From positions 1,184-60,499 of the forward strand of contig JBNJGE010000001.1 in NCBI GenBank assembly GCA_051747505.1: a DNA stretch of 59,316 nt. Direction: 5' to 3'. Made by a program: the position numbers and the translations under genes. Positions 9,608-19,518 of the stretch are shown here, one piece after another; the first letter of the stretch is position 1; each line of letters starts with the position of its first letter. This stretch comes from Pseudomonadota bacterium. GTDB taxonomy: Bacteria > Pseudomonadota > Alphaproteobacteria > Rhodobacterales > Rhodobacteraceae. Below the pieces are notes generated by a model. That model saw only the letters and a program-made list of their open reading frames with translations. It did not search any database and was not told the origin of the DNA.

Positions 9608-10888
9608 TCAGCCGGCCGCCTGCTCGGCCGGCTCGCCCCGCAGCATGGAGCGATGGGCCCGGACGAACTTGCGCACGCGCGGCTGGATGAAGTTGCGCCA
9701 GCGCGAGCCGTTGAAGACCCCGTAATGCCCGACCTTCTCCTGGATGTAGTGGTCCTTCTTCGCGTCGGGCAGGTTCGCGCACAGGTCGTGCGCCGCCTCG
9801 GTCTGGCCGAGGCCGGTGATGTCGTCCTTCTCGCCCTCGACCGTCAGCAGCGCGATGTCGCGGATCGCCTCCGGCTTCACCAGCCGCTCGTCGCGGTACC
9901 GGAACTCGCCCACCGCCAGCAGCCGCTTCTGGAACACCCGTTCGATCGTCTGCAGGTAGAAGGAGGCGTCCAGGTCCATCACCGCCAGATACTCGTCGTA
10001 GAAGGCCCGGTGCGCCGCGGCCGAATCGCCGTCGCCCCGCACCAGGTGGCGGAAATGCTTCACATGCGCGTCCACGTGCCGGTCCAGATTCATCTGCATG
10101 AAGCCCGAAAGCTGCAGGAACCCCGGATACACCCGCCGCAGGAAGCCGAGATTCGGCCAGGGCACGGTCACGATCACGTTGCGCTCGAACCAACTCAGCG
10201 GATGCGTGGTGGCCAGGTCGTTGGGCTGCTTGGGGTTGCGCGCCGTGTCGATGGGCGAGCCCATCAGCGTGACGGAGGACGGCCGCGCCGCCTCCCCGTC
10301 CTCGGCCATCATCGCCGCGGCCGCCAGCACCGGCACGCCGGGCTGGCACACCGCCATCACCGACACCCGCTCCCCGTCCTTCGACAGGACGCGGCAGAAG
10401 TCGCGCACATAGTCGATGTAGTCGTCGAGGTCGAAAGGCCCGTCGGTCAGGGGCACGTTGCGCGCGTCCTGCCAGTCGGTGATGTAGACGTCGTGCTCGG
10501 GCAGCATCGCCTCCACCGTGCCGCGCAGCAGCGTCGCGAAATGCCCCGACAGCGGCGCCACGATCAGCACCTTCGGGTCGTTGCGCGCGTCGGCCACCGG
10601 GGCGTCGCGGCGGAAATGCAGCAGGTCGCAGAACGGTTTCGAGGCCACCACCCGCTCCTCGATCGGCACGCTCTCGCCCGCGACCTCGGTCTCCTCGATC
10701 CCCCATTCCGGCTTGCCGTAGCGCCGCGTGGCGTTGACGAACATCTCCAGCCCCGCCGCGGTCACCCGCGCGGGGAAGGCCATCGAGGCCGGGTTGAACG
10801 GGTTGGACAGCGCCTGTCGCCCGAGCTGCGCCGCGGCGCGCCAGGGGCCGATCGCGGCGTGGGTGTATTCGTAGGCGTGGTAGAGCAT
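9608..10888 (-). CDS. phaZ: Intracellular polyhydroxyalkanoate depolymerase
   Basis: MLYHAYE start; APLSGHFATLLR, VCQPG (Cys nucleophile), GHYGVFNG. Confidence 0.92.
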   Translation of the reverse strand: MLYHAYEYTHAAIGPWRAAAQLGRQALSNPFNPASMAFPARVTAAGLEMFVNATRRYGKPEWGIEETEVAGESVPIEERVVASKPFCDLLHFRRDAPVADARNDPKVLIVAPLSGHFATLLRGTVEAMLPEHDVYITDWQDARNVPLTDGPFDLDDYIDYVRDFCRVLSKDGERVSVMAVCQPGVPVLAAAAMMAEDGEAARPSSVTLMGSPIDTARNPKQPNDLATTHPLSWFERNVIVTVPWPNLGFLRRVYPGFLQLSGFMQMNLDRHVDAHVKHFRHLVRGDGDSAAAHRAFYDEYLAVMDLDASFYLQTIERVFQKRLLAVGEFRYRDERLVKPEAIRDIALLTVEGEKDDITGLGQTEAAHDLCANLPDAKKDHYIQEKVGHYGVFNGSRWRNFIQPRVRKFVRAHRSMLRGEPAEQAAG

Positions 10889-11170
10889 GGCGCCTTTCGA
10901 CTCCCTCTCACGGGCGGGGCGCGCCGCGAAGCCGGGCGGCGCGCGCTGCGACATACCGGACCCGCCGCCGCCGGCCGGCCCGAAGGCCGGACGGTAGCCG
11001 CGCCCGGCGCCCCCTACAAGTTCATTTCGCACTTGCGAACATTTTTCGCAACCGCGGAAGCCTGCTCCCCCGGCCCCGCAACCCCCTCTTGCCAGCGGCG
11101 CGAAGCTGTGGCATCGGGCGCGTCTTCGACGACCCGAGGGGTCGAGCAACAAGCTGTCCGGGGGTCCCGA

Positions 11171-11506
11171 ATGGGCAAACCTGAATGGGGCGCGAAACGC
11201 AGCTGCCCGAACTGCGGCGGGCGTTTCTACGACCTGCAGAGAGATCCGGTCACCTGCCCGTATTGCGGCTCCGCCTACGAGCTCGCATCGCTGTCCGAGC
11301 GCCGACCGACCCAGGCCGTACGCGCCCGGGAGAAGCCCGAGCGCAAGAAGGCGGCCGAGCCCGAGGCGCCCGAGGTCGAGGAGGCCGAGGAGATCATCGA
11401 CGACGACGACACCGTCTCCGAGGACGTCCTGCTGGCCGAGGAGGGCGAGGACGAGGACCTCGGCGACATCGGCGTCGCCAAGGACTCCGACGAGGAGGAG
11501 ACCTGA
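11171..11506 (+). CDS. TIGR02300 / FYDLN-acid domain protein
   Basis: KRSCPNCGGRFYDL..P..CPYCG zinc ribbon plus acidic tail. Confidence 0.9.
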   Translation: MGKPEWGAKRSCPNCGGRFYDLQRDPVTCPYCGSAYELASLSERRPTQAVRAREKPERKKAAEPEAPEVEEAEEIIDDDDTVSEDVLLAEEGEDEDLGDIGVAKDSDEEET

Positions 11507-11551
11507 GGCGCGTCTCCGCGACGGAAGGGCCGGGGGCCGCGATTTTACCCC

Positions 11552-11580
11552 TTGCAACCCGCCCGCCGCCGCCTTAGACA
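11552..11580 (+). promoter_or_regulatory. Sigma-70 promoter candidate for tRNA-Ala
   Basis: TTGCAA-N17-TAGACA upstream of the tRNA. Confidence 0.6.
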
Positions 11581-11628
11581 CCGCCACGCGCCGGCGGGCG
11601 GAGCCGCCCGCAGGCGATCCGGGGGACC

Positions 11629-11704
<76 letters not shown>

Positions 11705-11836
11705 CCCGCCCCCCAGACACGACTTCGCTGACATGACGGCGTGACAGAGACCCGGGCCGGCCCCAGCGCCGGCCCGCTCTCGTTTTCGCGCCCGCTCTGG
11801 ACTTCCTGCCTCGTCTGCGCTCCAACGCTCCCCGAC

Positions 11837-12733
11837 ATGGAGCTCTGGATCCCCCTCGCCATCGCAGCGGCCTTCTTCCAGAACCTGCGCTCGGCCCTTC
11901 AGAAGCGCCTGCGGGACCGCCTCTCCGTCTGGGGCGCCACCGCCGCGCGCTTCGTCTTCGCCGCGCCGCTGGCGCTGGCCGCCTGCGCCACGGCCCTCGC
12001 CCTGCGCGGCCCCCTGCCGCCGGCCCCCGGCGCGGACTTCCTCGCCTGGTCGATCTCCGGCGGCCTCGCCCAGATCGGGGCGACCGCGCTGCTGGTCCAC
12101 CTCTTCTCCTTCCGCAACTTCACCGTCGCGGGCGCCTTCACCAAGACCGAGCCGATCCAGACGGCCCTCATCGGCGTCGTCCTGCTGGGCGACCGCCTCT
12201 CCGCGCCCGCCACGCTTGCGATTCTCGTCTCCCTCACCGGCGTTCTGCTGATCTCCACGCCCCCCGGCCGCGCGCGGGGGGAGCTGCTGCTCGACCGCAA
12301 CGCCCTGATCGGCATCGCCGCCGGGGGCCTGTTCGGCTACTCTGCGGTCGCCTATCGCGGCGCCACGCTCGCCCTCGACTCCCCCGACCCGGTCCTGCGC
12401 GTCGTGCTGGCGGCGACCTTCGTCACCCTCTTCCAGGCCGCCCTCATGTTCGCCTGGCTGCGCTGGCGCGAGCCCGGCCAGACCACGCGCCTGATGGCCG
12501 CCGCCCGCCCCGCGGCCCTTGTCGGCCTCTCGGGCGCGCTGGCAACCTTCGGCTGGTATGCGGCCTTTTCCCTCGAGACCGCCGCTCATGTCCGCGCCGT
12601 CGGCCAGATCGACGTGGTGTTCATGGTCGCCGCCTCCGTCCTCCTGTTCGGAGAGCGCATCACCATGCGCGAACTCTCCGGCGTCGCCCTTGTCGTCGCC
12701 GGCATCACCGCCCTCGCCCTGACCGCCGGCTGA
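11837..12733 (+). CDS. DMT/EamA family transporter
   Basis: ~10 TM segments in two repeats; LLGDRL and LFGERI helix ends. Confidence 0.82.
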   Translation: MELWIPLAIAAAFFQNLRSALQKRLRDRLSVWGATAARFVFAAPLALAACATALALRGPLPPAPGADFLAWSISGGLAQIGATALLVHLFSFRNFTVAGAFTKTEPIQTALIGVVLLGDRLSAPATLAILVSLTGVLLISTPPGRARGELLLDRNALIGIAAGGLFGYSAVAYRGATLALDSPDPVLRVVLAATFVTLFQAALMFAWLRWREPGQTTRLMAAARPAALVGLSGALATFGWYAAFSLETAAHVRAVGQIDVVFMVAASVLLFGERITMRELSGVALVVAGITALALTAG

Positions 12734-12737
12734 GCCC

Positions 12738-14042
12738 CTACTTCTCCAGCCTGCGCCGGATGCGGCGGACAAAGGCCCAGACCGCCAGCACCACCGCCGG
12801 CGTCAGCGCCGCCAGCACCCAGCCCTTGGAGACGCCCATTGGCCCCGCAAATGGCTGCAGCAGGTAGCCCCCGAGGCTCACCGCGTAGTAGCTGATCGCC
12901 ACCACCGACAGCCCCTCGACCGTCTGCTGCAACCGCAGCTGCAGGTCCGCCCGCCGGTCCATGCTTTCCAGCAGCGAGCGGTTCTGCACGCTGATCGCCA
13001 CGTCCACCCGCGTGCGCAGCAGGTCCGCGATGCGCGCGGCGCGGCCCGAGAGCTCGCCCATGCGCCCCTCCGCCGCCCGGCAGGTCCGCATCGCCGGATC
13101 ATACCGGCGCTGCATGAACTCGCCGATGGTCTGCCGGCCCCCCAGCCGCGTCTCGCGCAGCGCCTCGATCCGCTCCTTGACGATCGCCTCGTAGGCCCGC
13201 GCCGCGCCGAAGCGGAAGGCGGAGTCGGTGGCCATCTTCTCCACCTCCGCCGACAGTTTCGTCAGCTGGTCCAGCGTCGCCCGCGGCTCGCTCTCCTCCT
13301 CCGCGATCCCGCGCATCAGCTCAGCGAGCTCCCGGTCAATCACCGCCAGCCGCCGGATCGCCCCGCGCGCGATGGGCAGGGCGAGCATCGACATCGCCCG
13401 GTAGGTCTCGATCTCCAGCAGCCGCTGCACCAGCCGCCCCAGCCGGCGCGGTCCCAGCCCCGGCTGGATCAGCACCGCGATCCGCGTGAACCCGTCCTCG
13501 TGGATGCGGAAATCGCTCGCCACCGTCGCCAGCCGGTCCCCGGCGTGGGAGGCCGCCAGGCTCTCCCCCACGAAACACCGCCCCAGCCCGTCATTGAGCT
13601 GGGCCTCCGCCGCCTCGGGGCTTTCCACGGCCTCCAGCCTCACCAGCGCGGCGGCGATCACCACCCCCGGCGCCTGCTCCAGCCAGTCCTCCGGAAACAG
13701 CGACAGCGCGCCGGGGTCGAAGGGGGCCTCCCCGGGCATGTCGGGCAGGAACAGCGTGTAGGTGACGAACTCGGTGTGCCGCTCCCATTTCAGCGTGCCG
13801 CGCCCCAGCGGCCCGACATAGTGATCCGCCCCCGGCGGCGGATGCGCCGCCCCGTGCAGGTCCAGCAGCGCGCGCAGATGCGCCCGGTCCTGCTCCGGGT
13901 CGCGGTCCGCCGCGCCCTTTGGCCGCTTGAAGGCCAGATGCGCCGCCCGCCCCGGGCAGATCACCTCCGGAAACGGCCGCGCATGCAGCTCGAGCGCGAG
14001 CGAGAGGCGGTTCTCGTGCTGGGCGGGCAGGCGGCGGCTCAT
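12738..14042 (-). CDS. DUF3422 family membrane-anchored protein
   Basis: ELHARPF, WERHTEF, QRLLEIETYR, LQQTVEGLSVVAISYY, two C-terminal TMs. Confidence 0.88.
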   Translation of the reverse strand: MSRRLPAQHENRLSLALELHARPFPEVICPGRAAHLAFKRPKGAADRDPEQDRAHLRALLDLHGAAHPPPGADHYVGPLGRGTLKWERHTEFVTYTLFLPDMPGEAPFDPGALSLFPEDWLEQAPGVVIAAALVRLEAVESPEAAEAQLNDGLGRCFVGESLAASHAGDRLATVASDFRIHEDGFTRIAVLIQPGLGPRRLGRLVQRLLEIETYRAMSMLALPIARGAIRRLAVIDRELAELMRGIAEEESEPRATLDQLTKLSAEVEKMATDSAFRFGAARAYEAIVKERIEALRETRLGGRQTIGEFMQRRYDPAMRTCRAAEGRMGELSGRAARIADLLRTRVDVAISVQNRSLLESMDRRADLQLRLQQTVEGLSVVAISYYAVSLGGYLLQPFAGPMGVSKGWVLAALTPAVVLAVWAFVRRIRRRLEK

Positions 14043-14459
14043 GGGCGCTCCCGGCGCGGCTGCGATCTCGACTCCCAGAACATAGCCCCGATGCGCCGAA
14101 GACCATCCGCCAAATCCGCGCGGTCCTGCGACGCGGGATCAGACCGGGGCGCCCGCGGGCATGATCGAGCACCGATCACGACGCCCTCGTGAAGAAATCG
14201 CGTTCAGCCCGCACAGGACTTTCCTGGAAAAAATTCAAACTTCATCGCCAATGGGACGCTTTTAGCGCACGCGTAAAATACTTCCCCAAGTATACTTCCA
14301 ATCAAAGGTGAAATTCAGATCCACCGGCGCCCGCGCGCCAATTTCTGGCGCGCCGTCACTGCCGTCATCGTTCGCGAAAGGCGGCGGCAGCCGCCGGGAA
14401 GAGCCATCGATGGCGCCAGGCCCGCACGCCGCCGCAACGGGCTCGCCCCCGGCCGCCGG

Positions 14460-15578
14460 TCAGGCCGCCGTCGCCTCCCGCGCGGCCTCCAGCGCCTCGG
14501 GCAGCGCCGCCTCCAGCGCGTCCAGCATCTCCGGCGTCCCCGCCGAGATCCGGATGCAGCGGTCCAGCGGCGCCACGCCCGGCATGCGCACGAACACCCC
14601 CCGCTCGACCAGCGCCGCCAGCACCGCCCGCGCGAAGTCCCCGTCCCGCCGGCAATCCACCGCCACGAAATTGGTCGCCGAGGGCAGGGCCCGCAGCCCG
14701 TTCGCCGCCGCGATCTTCCCGATCCGCGCCTTCGCCGCCTCCGCCTGCTCGACCACCTGCGCGATCCATTCCGCGTCGCGGGCCGAGGCCGTGGCCCCCG
14801 CCACCCCGATCCGCGTCATGGCGAAGTGGTTCTTCACCTTGTCGAAGGCCTCGACCATGCGCCGCGGCCCGATGGCGTAACCCACCCGCGCGCCCGCCAG
14901 CCCGTGCGCCTTGGAGAAGGTCCGCATCCGCACCACCCGGCTGTCCTCCGGGTCGATCTCCGGCGCCGTGCCCTCCGGCGCGAACTCCACATAGGCCTCG
15001 TCCAGGCACATCACCGAGTCGCCGGGCATCGCCTCGATCATGTCGCGCACGACATTCGCCGGATGCACCGTGCCCATCGGGTTGTCGGGGTTGGAGAAAT
15101 AGACCAGCGGCGCGTCCTCCCGCGCCGCCGCCGCCAGCAGCGCCTCCGGGTCCTCGTGGTCGTCCCGGTAGGGGACCGTGACCAGCCGCCCCCCGAAGGC
15201 GTTCACATGGTAGTTGAAGGTCGGATAGGCCCCCGCCGAGGTCACCACCGGCGCCCCCTCGGGAACCAGCGCCCGCACCATCAGCCCCAGCAGCCCGTCG
15301 ATCCCCTCGCCGATGGCGATGTTGCTCTCGGGCACGCCATGCGTCTCCGCCAGCGCCGCTTTCAGATCGTGGTGCTGCGCATCCGCATACATCCACGCTT
15401 CCGCCGCCGCCTCGCGCATCGCCTCCACCGCCGCCGGCGAGGGGCCGAACACGCTCTCGTTCGCGCCCAGCCGCGCGTCGAAGGGCCGGCCCAGCTCGCG
15501 CTCCAGCTGCTCCGGGCCGACGAAGGGAATGGAGGCGGGCAGCCGCTCGACCAGCGGCGTCAGGCGGGGGCGGGTCAT
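14460..15578 (-). CDS. PLP-dependent aminotransferase, histidinol-phosphate aminotransferase-like
   Basis: LGANE, NPDNPMG, DEAY, RTFSKAHGLAGARVGY. Confidence 0.88.
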   Translation of the reverse strand: MTRPRLTPLVERLPASIPFVGPEQLERELGRPFDARLGANESVFGPSPAAVEAMREAAAEAWMYADAQHHDLKAALAETHGVPESNIAIGEGIDGLLGLMVRALVPEGAPVVTSAGAYPTFNYHVNAFGGRLVTVPYRDDHEDPEALLAAAAREDAPLVYFSNPDNPMGTVHPANVVRDMIEAMPGDSVMCLDEAYVEFAPEGTAPEIDPEDSRVVRMRTFSKAHGLAGARVGYAIGPRRMVEAFDKVKNHFAMTRIGVAGATASARDAEWIAQVVEQAEAAKARIGKIAAANGLRALPSATNFVAVDCRRDGDFARAVLAALVERGVFVRMPGVAPLDRCIRISAGTPEMLDALEAALPEALEAAREATAA

Positions 15579-15683
15579 GGGCGTCCTCCGGATCTTCGCG
15601 GTTGCGCGGGCTTTCCACGCCCCGGCGCGCCCCGTCAAGTCGCCCGCCCCGCCTCGGCCGCGTCCCTGCGCCGACCGGCGCCC

Positions 15684-16532
15684 TCAGATCTCGGCCCGCG
15701 CCTCCAGCGCCAGCCGCCCCTCCGGGTTCAGCACCCACAGCTGCGCCTCCTTGCCGAAGGTGCGCCCGCACAGTCGGAAGCCCTGATTGCAGAACACCGG
15801 CGAGACCGCCCGGTAGTCCAGCTTCCGGATCGCCTTGCCGGTCTCGTCGCGCAGCAGGTCGGCCAGCAGCTGGGCCATCAGCGGCCCGTGCACCACCCGC
15901 TCCGGGTAGCCTTCCACTTCCGTGACATACGGGTGGTCGTAATGGATCCGATGCCCGTTGAAGGTCAGCGCCGAATACCGGAACAGCAGCACCGGGTCCG
16001 CCGTCGCCTCGCGCGAGAAGGCCGGCCGCTCCTCCTTCTCGGGCGGCTCCGCCCGCGGCGGCTCGTCAGGCGAGGGCGCCGGCCGATAGACCAGATCCTC
16101 CTCCTCCCGGATCGCCAGCCCCTCCGGCCCGCTGATCTCGTGGCGCACGGTCACGATCGCCAGCGGCCCCGAGCCCCCCTGCTTCAGCGCCACGTTCTGC
16201 AGGACCAAGACGCGCTCCGCCTCCGCCCCCAGCGGCAGCGGGGCGTGGAACTCCAGTCGCCCGCCCGCGCGCATCCGCCGGGGCAGGCCGGTGTCGGGCA
16301 GGAAGCCGCCGGGCCGGGGATGGCCGTCCTCGCCCAGCTCGCCCGGCCGCTCCACCTCCGCGAAATAGAGGAAATGCCACAGCGGCGGCAGCGGGTCCCC
16401 CTCGGCGGGTGGCGGCCCCGGCCGGTCGAGGCTGACATGCAGCGCCGCCGCCTTCCACGGGTCGATCCGCTCGCGCTCGACGCGGGGCTCGCCCGCGCTG
16501 TCGGGAATGCTCCGCTCCTTCGCCGCCATCAT
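15684..16532 (-). CDS. Double hot-dog acyl-CoA hydratase (mesaconyl-C4/itaconyl-CoA hydratase-like)
   Basis: LPRRMRAGG, LFRYSALTFNGHRIHYD, VVHGPL. Confidence 0.82.
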   Translation of the reverse strand: MMAAKERSIPDSAGEPRVERERIDPWKAAALHVSLDRPGPPPAEGDPLPPLWHFLYFAEVERPGELGEDGHPRPGGFLPDTGLPRRMRAGGRLEFHAPLPLGAEAERVLVLQNVALKQGGSGPLAIVTVRHEISGPEGLAIREEEDLVYRPAPSPDEPPRAEPPEKEERPAFSREATADPVLLFRYSALTFNGHRIHYDHPYVTEVEGYPERVVHGPLMAQLLADLLRDETGKAIRKLDYRAVSPVFCNQGFRLCGRTFGKEAQLWVLNPEGRLALEARAEI

Positions 16533-16742
16533 GCCGCGCCTCCCTGGTCCGCTGCGCGCCCCCCGGCCGCCGCTTCGGACGGCCGCGCGCGCGCACCTAG
16601 CCCCCGGCGCCCGGCTGCGGTCAAGTCTCGCGGCCCGACCTGGCGTCACTATGAACGAAAGCTGTCGGTTGCGGCCACCAGCGGGCGAAATCCACGCCCG
16701 CCCCCGCCCCTCAGGCGCGAACCGCGCCGCGACTCGCGGTCC

Positions 16743-18230
16743 TCACCACCAGCGCTCGGGCTTCGCCTCGAACACGGCCGCGCGCTCCAGCGCGAAGGCC
16801 ACGTCCAGCATCTCCGCCTCGCCCCAGGGCTTGCCGATCACCTGCAGCCCCAGCGGCAGGCCCTTCGCGTTCAGCCCCGCGGGGACCGACACGCCGGGCA
16901 GCCCCGCCAGGTTCACCGGCACGGTGAAGACGTCGTTGAGATACATCTGCACCGGGTCCGCCTCCGCCATCGCCCCGATCTCGAAGGCGGCCGAGGGCGT
17001 GGCCGGCGTCAGGATCGCGTCCACCGTCTCGAAGGCCGCGTCGAAGTCCCGCTTGATCAGGGTGCGCACCTTCTGCGCGCGCAGGTAATAGGCGTCGTAA
17101 TAGCCCGCGGACAGCACATAGGTCCCGATCATCACCCGCCGCTTGACCTCGTCCCCGAAGCCCTCCGCGCGCGTCTTTTCGTAGAGATCGACGATCCCGT
17201 CATCCGCGCCCAGCTTCGCCCGGCGCCCGTAGCGCACCCCGTCATACCGCGCGAGGTTCGAGGACGCCTCCGCGGGAGCGATCACGTAGTAGGCGGGAAG
17301 CGCATACTTCGTGTGCGGCAGGGAGATGTCCACGACCTCCGCCCCCGCGTCGCGCAGCATCTCCGCGCCCCGCGCCCAGAGCGTCTCGATCTCCTCCGGC
17401 ATCCCCTCCACGCGATACTCGCTGGGAATGCCGATGCGCTTGCCCCGCATGTCCCCGACCAGCGCCGCCTCGAAATCCGGCACCGGGAAGTCGGCGGAGG
17501 TCGAATCCTTCTCGTCGAACCCGGCCATGCCCTCCAGCAGGATCGCCGCGTCGCGCACCGACTTCGCCATCGGCCCCGCCTGGTCCAGCGAGGACGCGAA
17601 CGCCACGATCCCCCAGCGCGAGCACCGCCCGTAGGTCGGCTTCGCCCCCACAATCCCGGTGAAGGCCGCAGGCTGGCGGATCGACCCGCCCGTGTCCGTC
17701 CCCGTCGCCCCCAGGCACAGATCGGCGGCCACCGCCGAGGCCGACCCGCCCGAGGACCCCCCGGGCGTCAGCCTCGCCTCCGACCCCTCCGCGCGCCAGG
17801 GGTTCACCGCCGGCCCGTAGACCGAATGCTCGTTGGACGAGCCCATGGCGAACTCGTCCATGTTCAGCTTGCCCAGCATCACCGCGCCGCGCTCCCACAG
17901 CCGCGCGGTCACCGTGCTCTCATAGGGCGGCCGGAACCCGTCGAGGATGCGCGAGGCCGCCTGGCTCGGCGCGTCTTCGGTGCAGAACAGGTCCTTGACC
18001 CCCAGCGGCACGCCGCACAGCGCCGGCGCCTCGCCCGCCTCCAGCCGCCGGTCCGCGGCCTTCGCCATCTCCACGGCCCGCTCGGGCAGCGCCGCGCTCA
18101 CCGCGTTCAGCGCCCCGGCGTTCTCCATGGCCATCAGGCAGGCCTGCGTCAGCTCTTCGGAGGTGATCTCCCGCCCGCGCAGCCTGTCGCGGGCCTCGGC
18201 GATGGTCAGTCTGGTCAGCTCGTCGGACAT
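16743..18230 (-). CDS. gatA: Asp/Glu-tRNA amidotransferase subunit A
   Basis: [39 protein letters not shown]. Confidence 0.97.
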   Translation of the reverse strand: MSDELTRLTIAEARDRLRGREITSEELTQACLMAMENAGALNAVSAALPERAVEMAKAADRRLEAGEAPALCGVPLGVKDLFCTEDAPSQAASRILDGFRPPYESTVTARLWERGAVMLGKLNMDEFAMGSSNEHSVYGPAVNPWRAEGSEARLTPGGSSGGSASAVAADLCLGATGTDTGGSIRQPAAFTGIVGAKPTYGRCSRWGIVAFASSLDQAGPMAKSVRDAAILLEGMAGFDEKDSTSADFPVPDFEAALVGDMRGKRIGIPSEYRVEGMPEEIETLWARGAEMLRDAGAEVVDISLPHTKYALPAYYVIAPAEASSNLARYDGVRYGRRAKLGADDGIVDLYEKTRAEGFGDEVKRRVMIGTYVLSAGYYDAYYLRAQKVRTLIKRDFDAAFETVDAILTPATPSAAFEIGAMAEADPVQMYLNDVFTVPVNLAGLPGVSVPAGLNAKGLPLGLQVIGKPWGEAEMLDVAFALERAAVFEAKPERWW

Positions 18231-18283
18231 CAAAGGCGGCTCCGGGCGGCGCGGTCAGCGGTCGGAAAGGGGCAGGGGGCGGC

Positions 18284-18571
18284 TCACTCCACCACCTTGG
18301 GCACGGTGAAGAAGCCCTCGCGCGTCTCCGGCGCGTTGGCCAGGATCCGCTCGCGGATGTTGCCGGCCGTCACCTCGTCGGGCCGGCGGCGCAGGCTCAT
18401 CGGGCTGACGGAGGTCATGGGCTCCACGCCCTCCACATCGACCTCCTGCAGCTGCTCGACCCAGTCGAGAATGCCGCTCAGATCCTTCGCCAGCCCCTCC
18501 AGCTCCGCCTCCGGAACCCGGATTCGGGCGAGCTGCGCGACGCGCGCGGCGGTGGCCTTGTCGATGGACAT
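18284..18571 (-). CDS. gatC: Asp/Glu-tRNA amidotransferase subunit C
   Basis: 95 aa; VAQLARI...FFTVPKVVE; upstream of gatA. Confidence 0.95.
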   Translation of the reverse strand: MSIDKATAARVAQLARIRVPEAELEGLAKDLSGILDWVEQLQEVDVEGVEPMTSVSPMSLRRRPDEVTAGNIRERILANAPETREGFFTVPKVVE

Positions 18572-18632
18572 GACGCCGGTCTCCCTGCCGTGTGACGGGC
18601 GCGCGGGGCCTCGTCCCCGCGCAGCGGGCGGC

Positions 18633-19343
18633 TTAGCCCGCCGCTTGCGCCCGCGCAACCCGGCCGCCGGCGCCCTCCCGCGCGCCATGCGCGGCGAAGA
18701 CGCCGATCAGCAGCCCCAGCAGGGTCCCGTTGAACAGGTGCCAGCCCCAGTGCAGCCCCCAGGGGAAGGCCGCGCAGACCGGCCCGTGCTGATCGTCCAG
18801 GGTGCGGAAGACCAGCGAGACGGTCAGCAGGCCCGTCGCCCCGGCCACGCCCTTCCAGGCCGGATGCGGGCGCAGCGCCAGCAGCGCCGCGAACAGCGCC
18901 ATCAGCCCCCAGGTCGGCACATACATGATGGAGCCGTTGAGCGCCCCGATTCCCGCCTGCAGCCAGTTCCCGACGACGGGCGAAGCCACCATCCACCCCG
19001 CCGTCAGCGCCGCGCAGACCAGAACCGGCAGCCCGAGATACCGCCGCAGCGTCAGGTAGAGGTAGAGCAGGATGAAGATCATGATGGGAATCACGTCCGC
19101 CATCGACGCCCAGCGCGTGGCGAAGGTGTGGAACAGGAAGGACCCGGTCCCGATCGCCGCCAGCACGCCGGTCAGCGCCACCACCCCCCAGTCGTCCGTC
19201 CGCCCCAGCCGCCGGGCGTAGCCCCAGGCGACCAGCGCGCCGATCAGGAAGGCCGCGTTGCTGAGCGCGTTGATCGGCTCGGCCCAGAACCCCGGGCCCA
19301 GCCGCTCGCAATAGGCGTCCACCTGCCGGGCAAGCTCGTCCAT
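18633..19343 (-). CDS. Ceramidase-domain (CREST superfamily) membrane protein
   Basis: YCER...WAEPINALSN, GSFLFH, HWGWH; ~7 TM. Confidence 0.82.
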   Translation of the reverse strand: MDELARQVDAYCERLGPGFWAEPINALSNAAFLIGALVAWGYARRLGRTDDWGVVALTGVLAAIGTGSFLFHTFATRWASMADVIPIMIFILLYLYLTLRRYLGLPVLVCAALTAGWMVASPVVGNWLQAGIGALNGSIMYVPTWGLMALFAALLALRPHPAWKGVAGATGLLTVSLVFRTLDDQHGPVCAAFPWGLHWGWHLFNGTLLGLLIGVFAAHGAREGAGGRVARAQAAG

Positions 19344-19518
19344 CTCGTGATCCTCTCGCGCCCCCCGGGATGCGTTTCTGATCGCGGGACAATACAGGCC
19401 CGCGCGCCGGCGCCAAGCTGCGGGATCATCCTTTATTCCACCTTTCCCGTAGGGCAGAACTCGGGCCGATCCGCCGCGCGCCCGTCCGGCGCGCGGCTCA
19501 CGTCAACGGGAGGCGCAA

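Noticed and set aside
14191-14320. AT-rich patch as oriC or dif
   Set aside because: No DnaA boxes (TTATCCACA-like) and no XerC/XerD-like 28-bp site recognised
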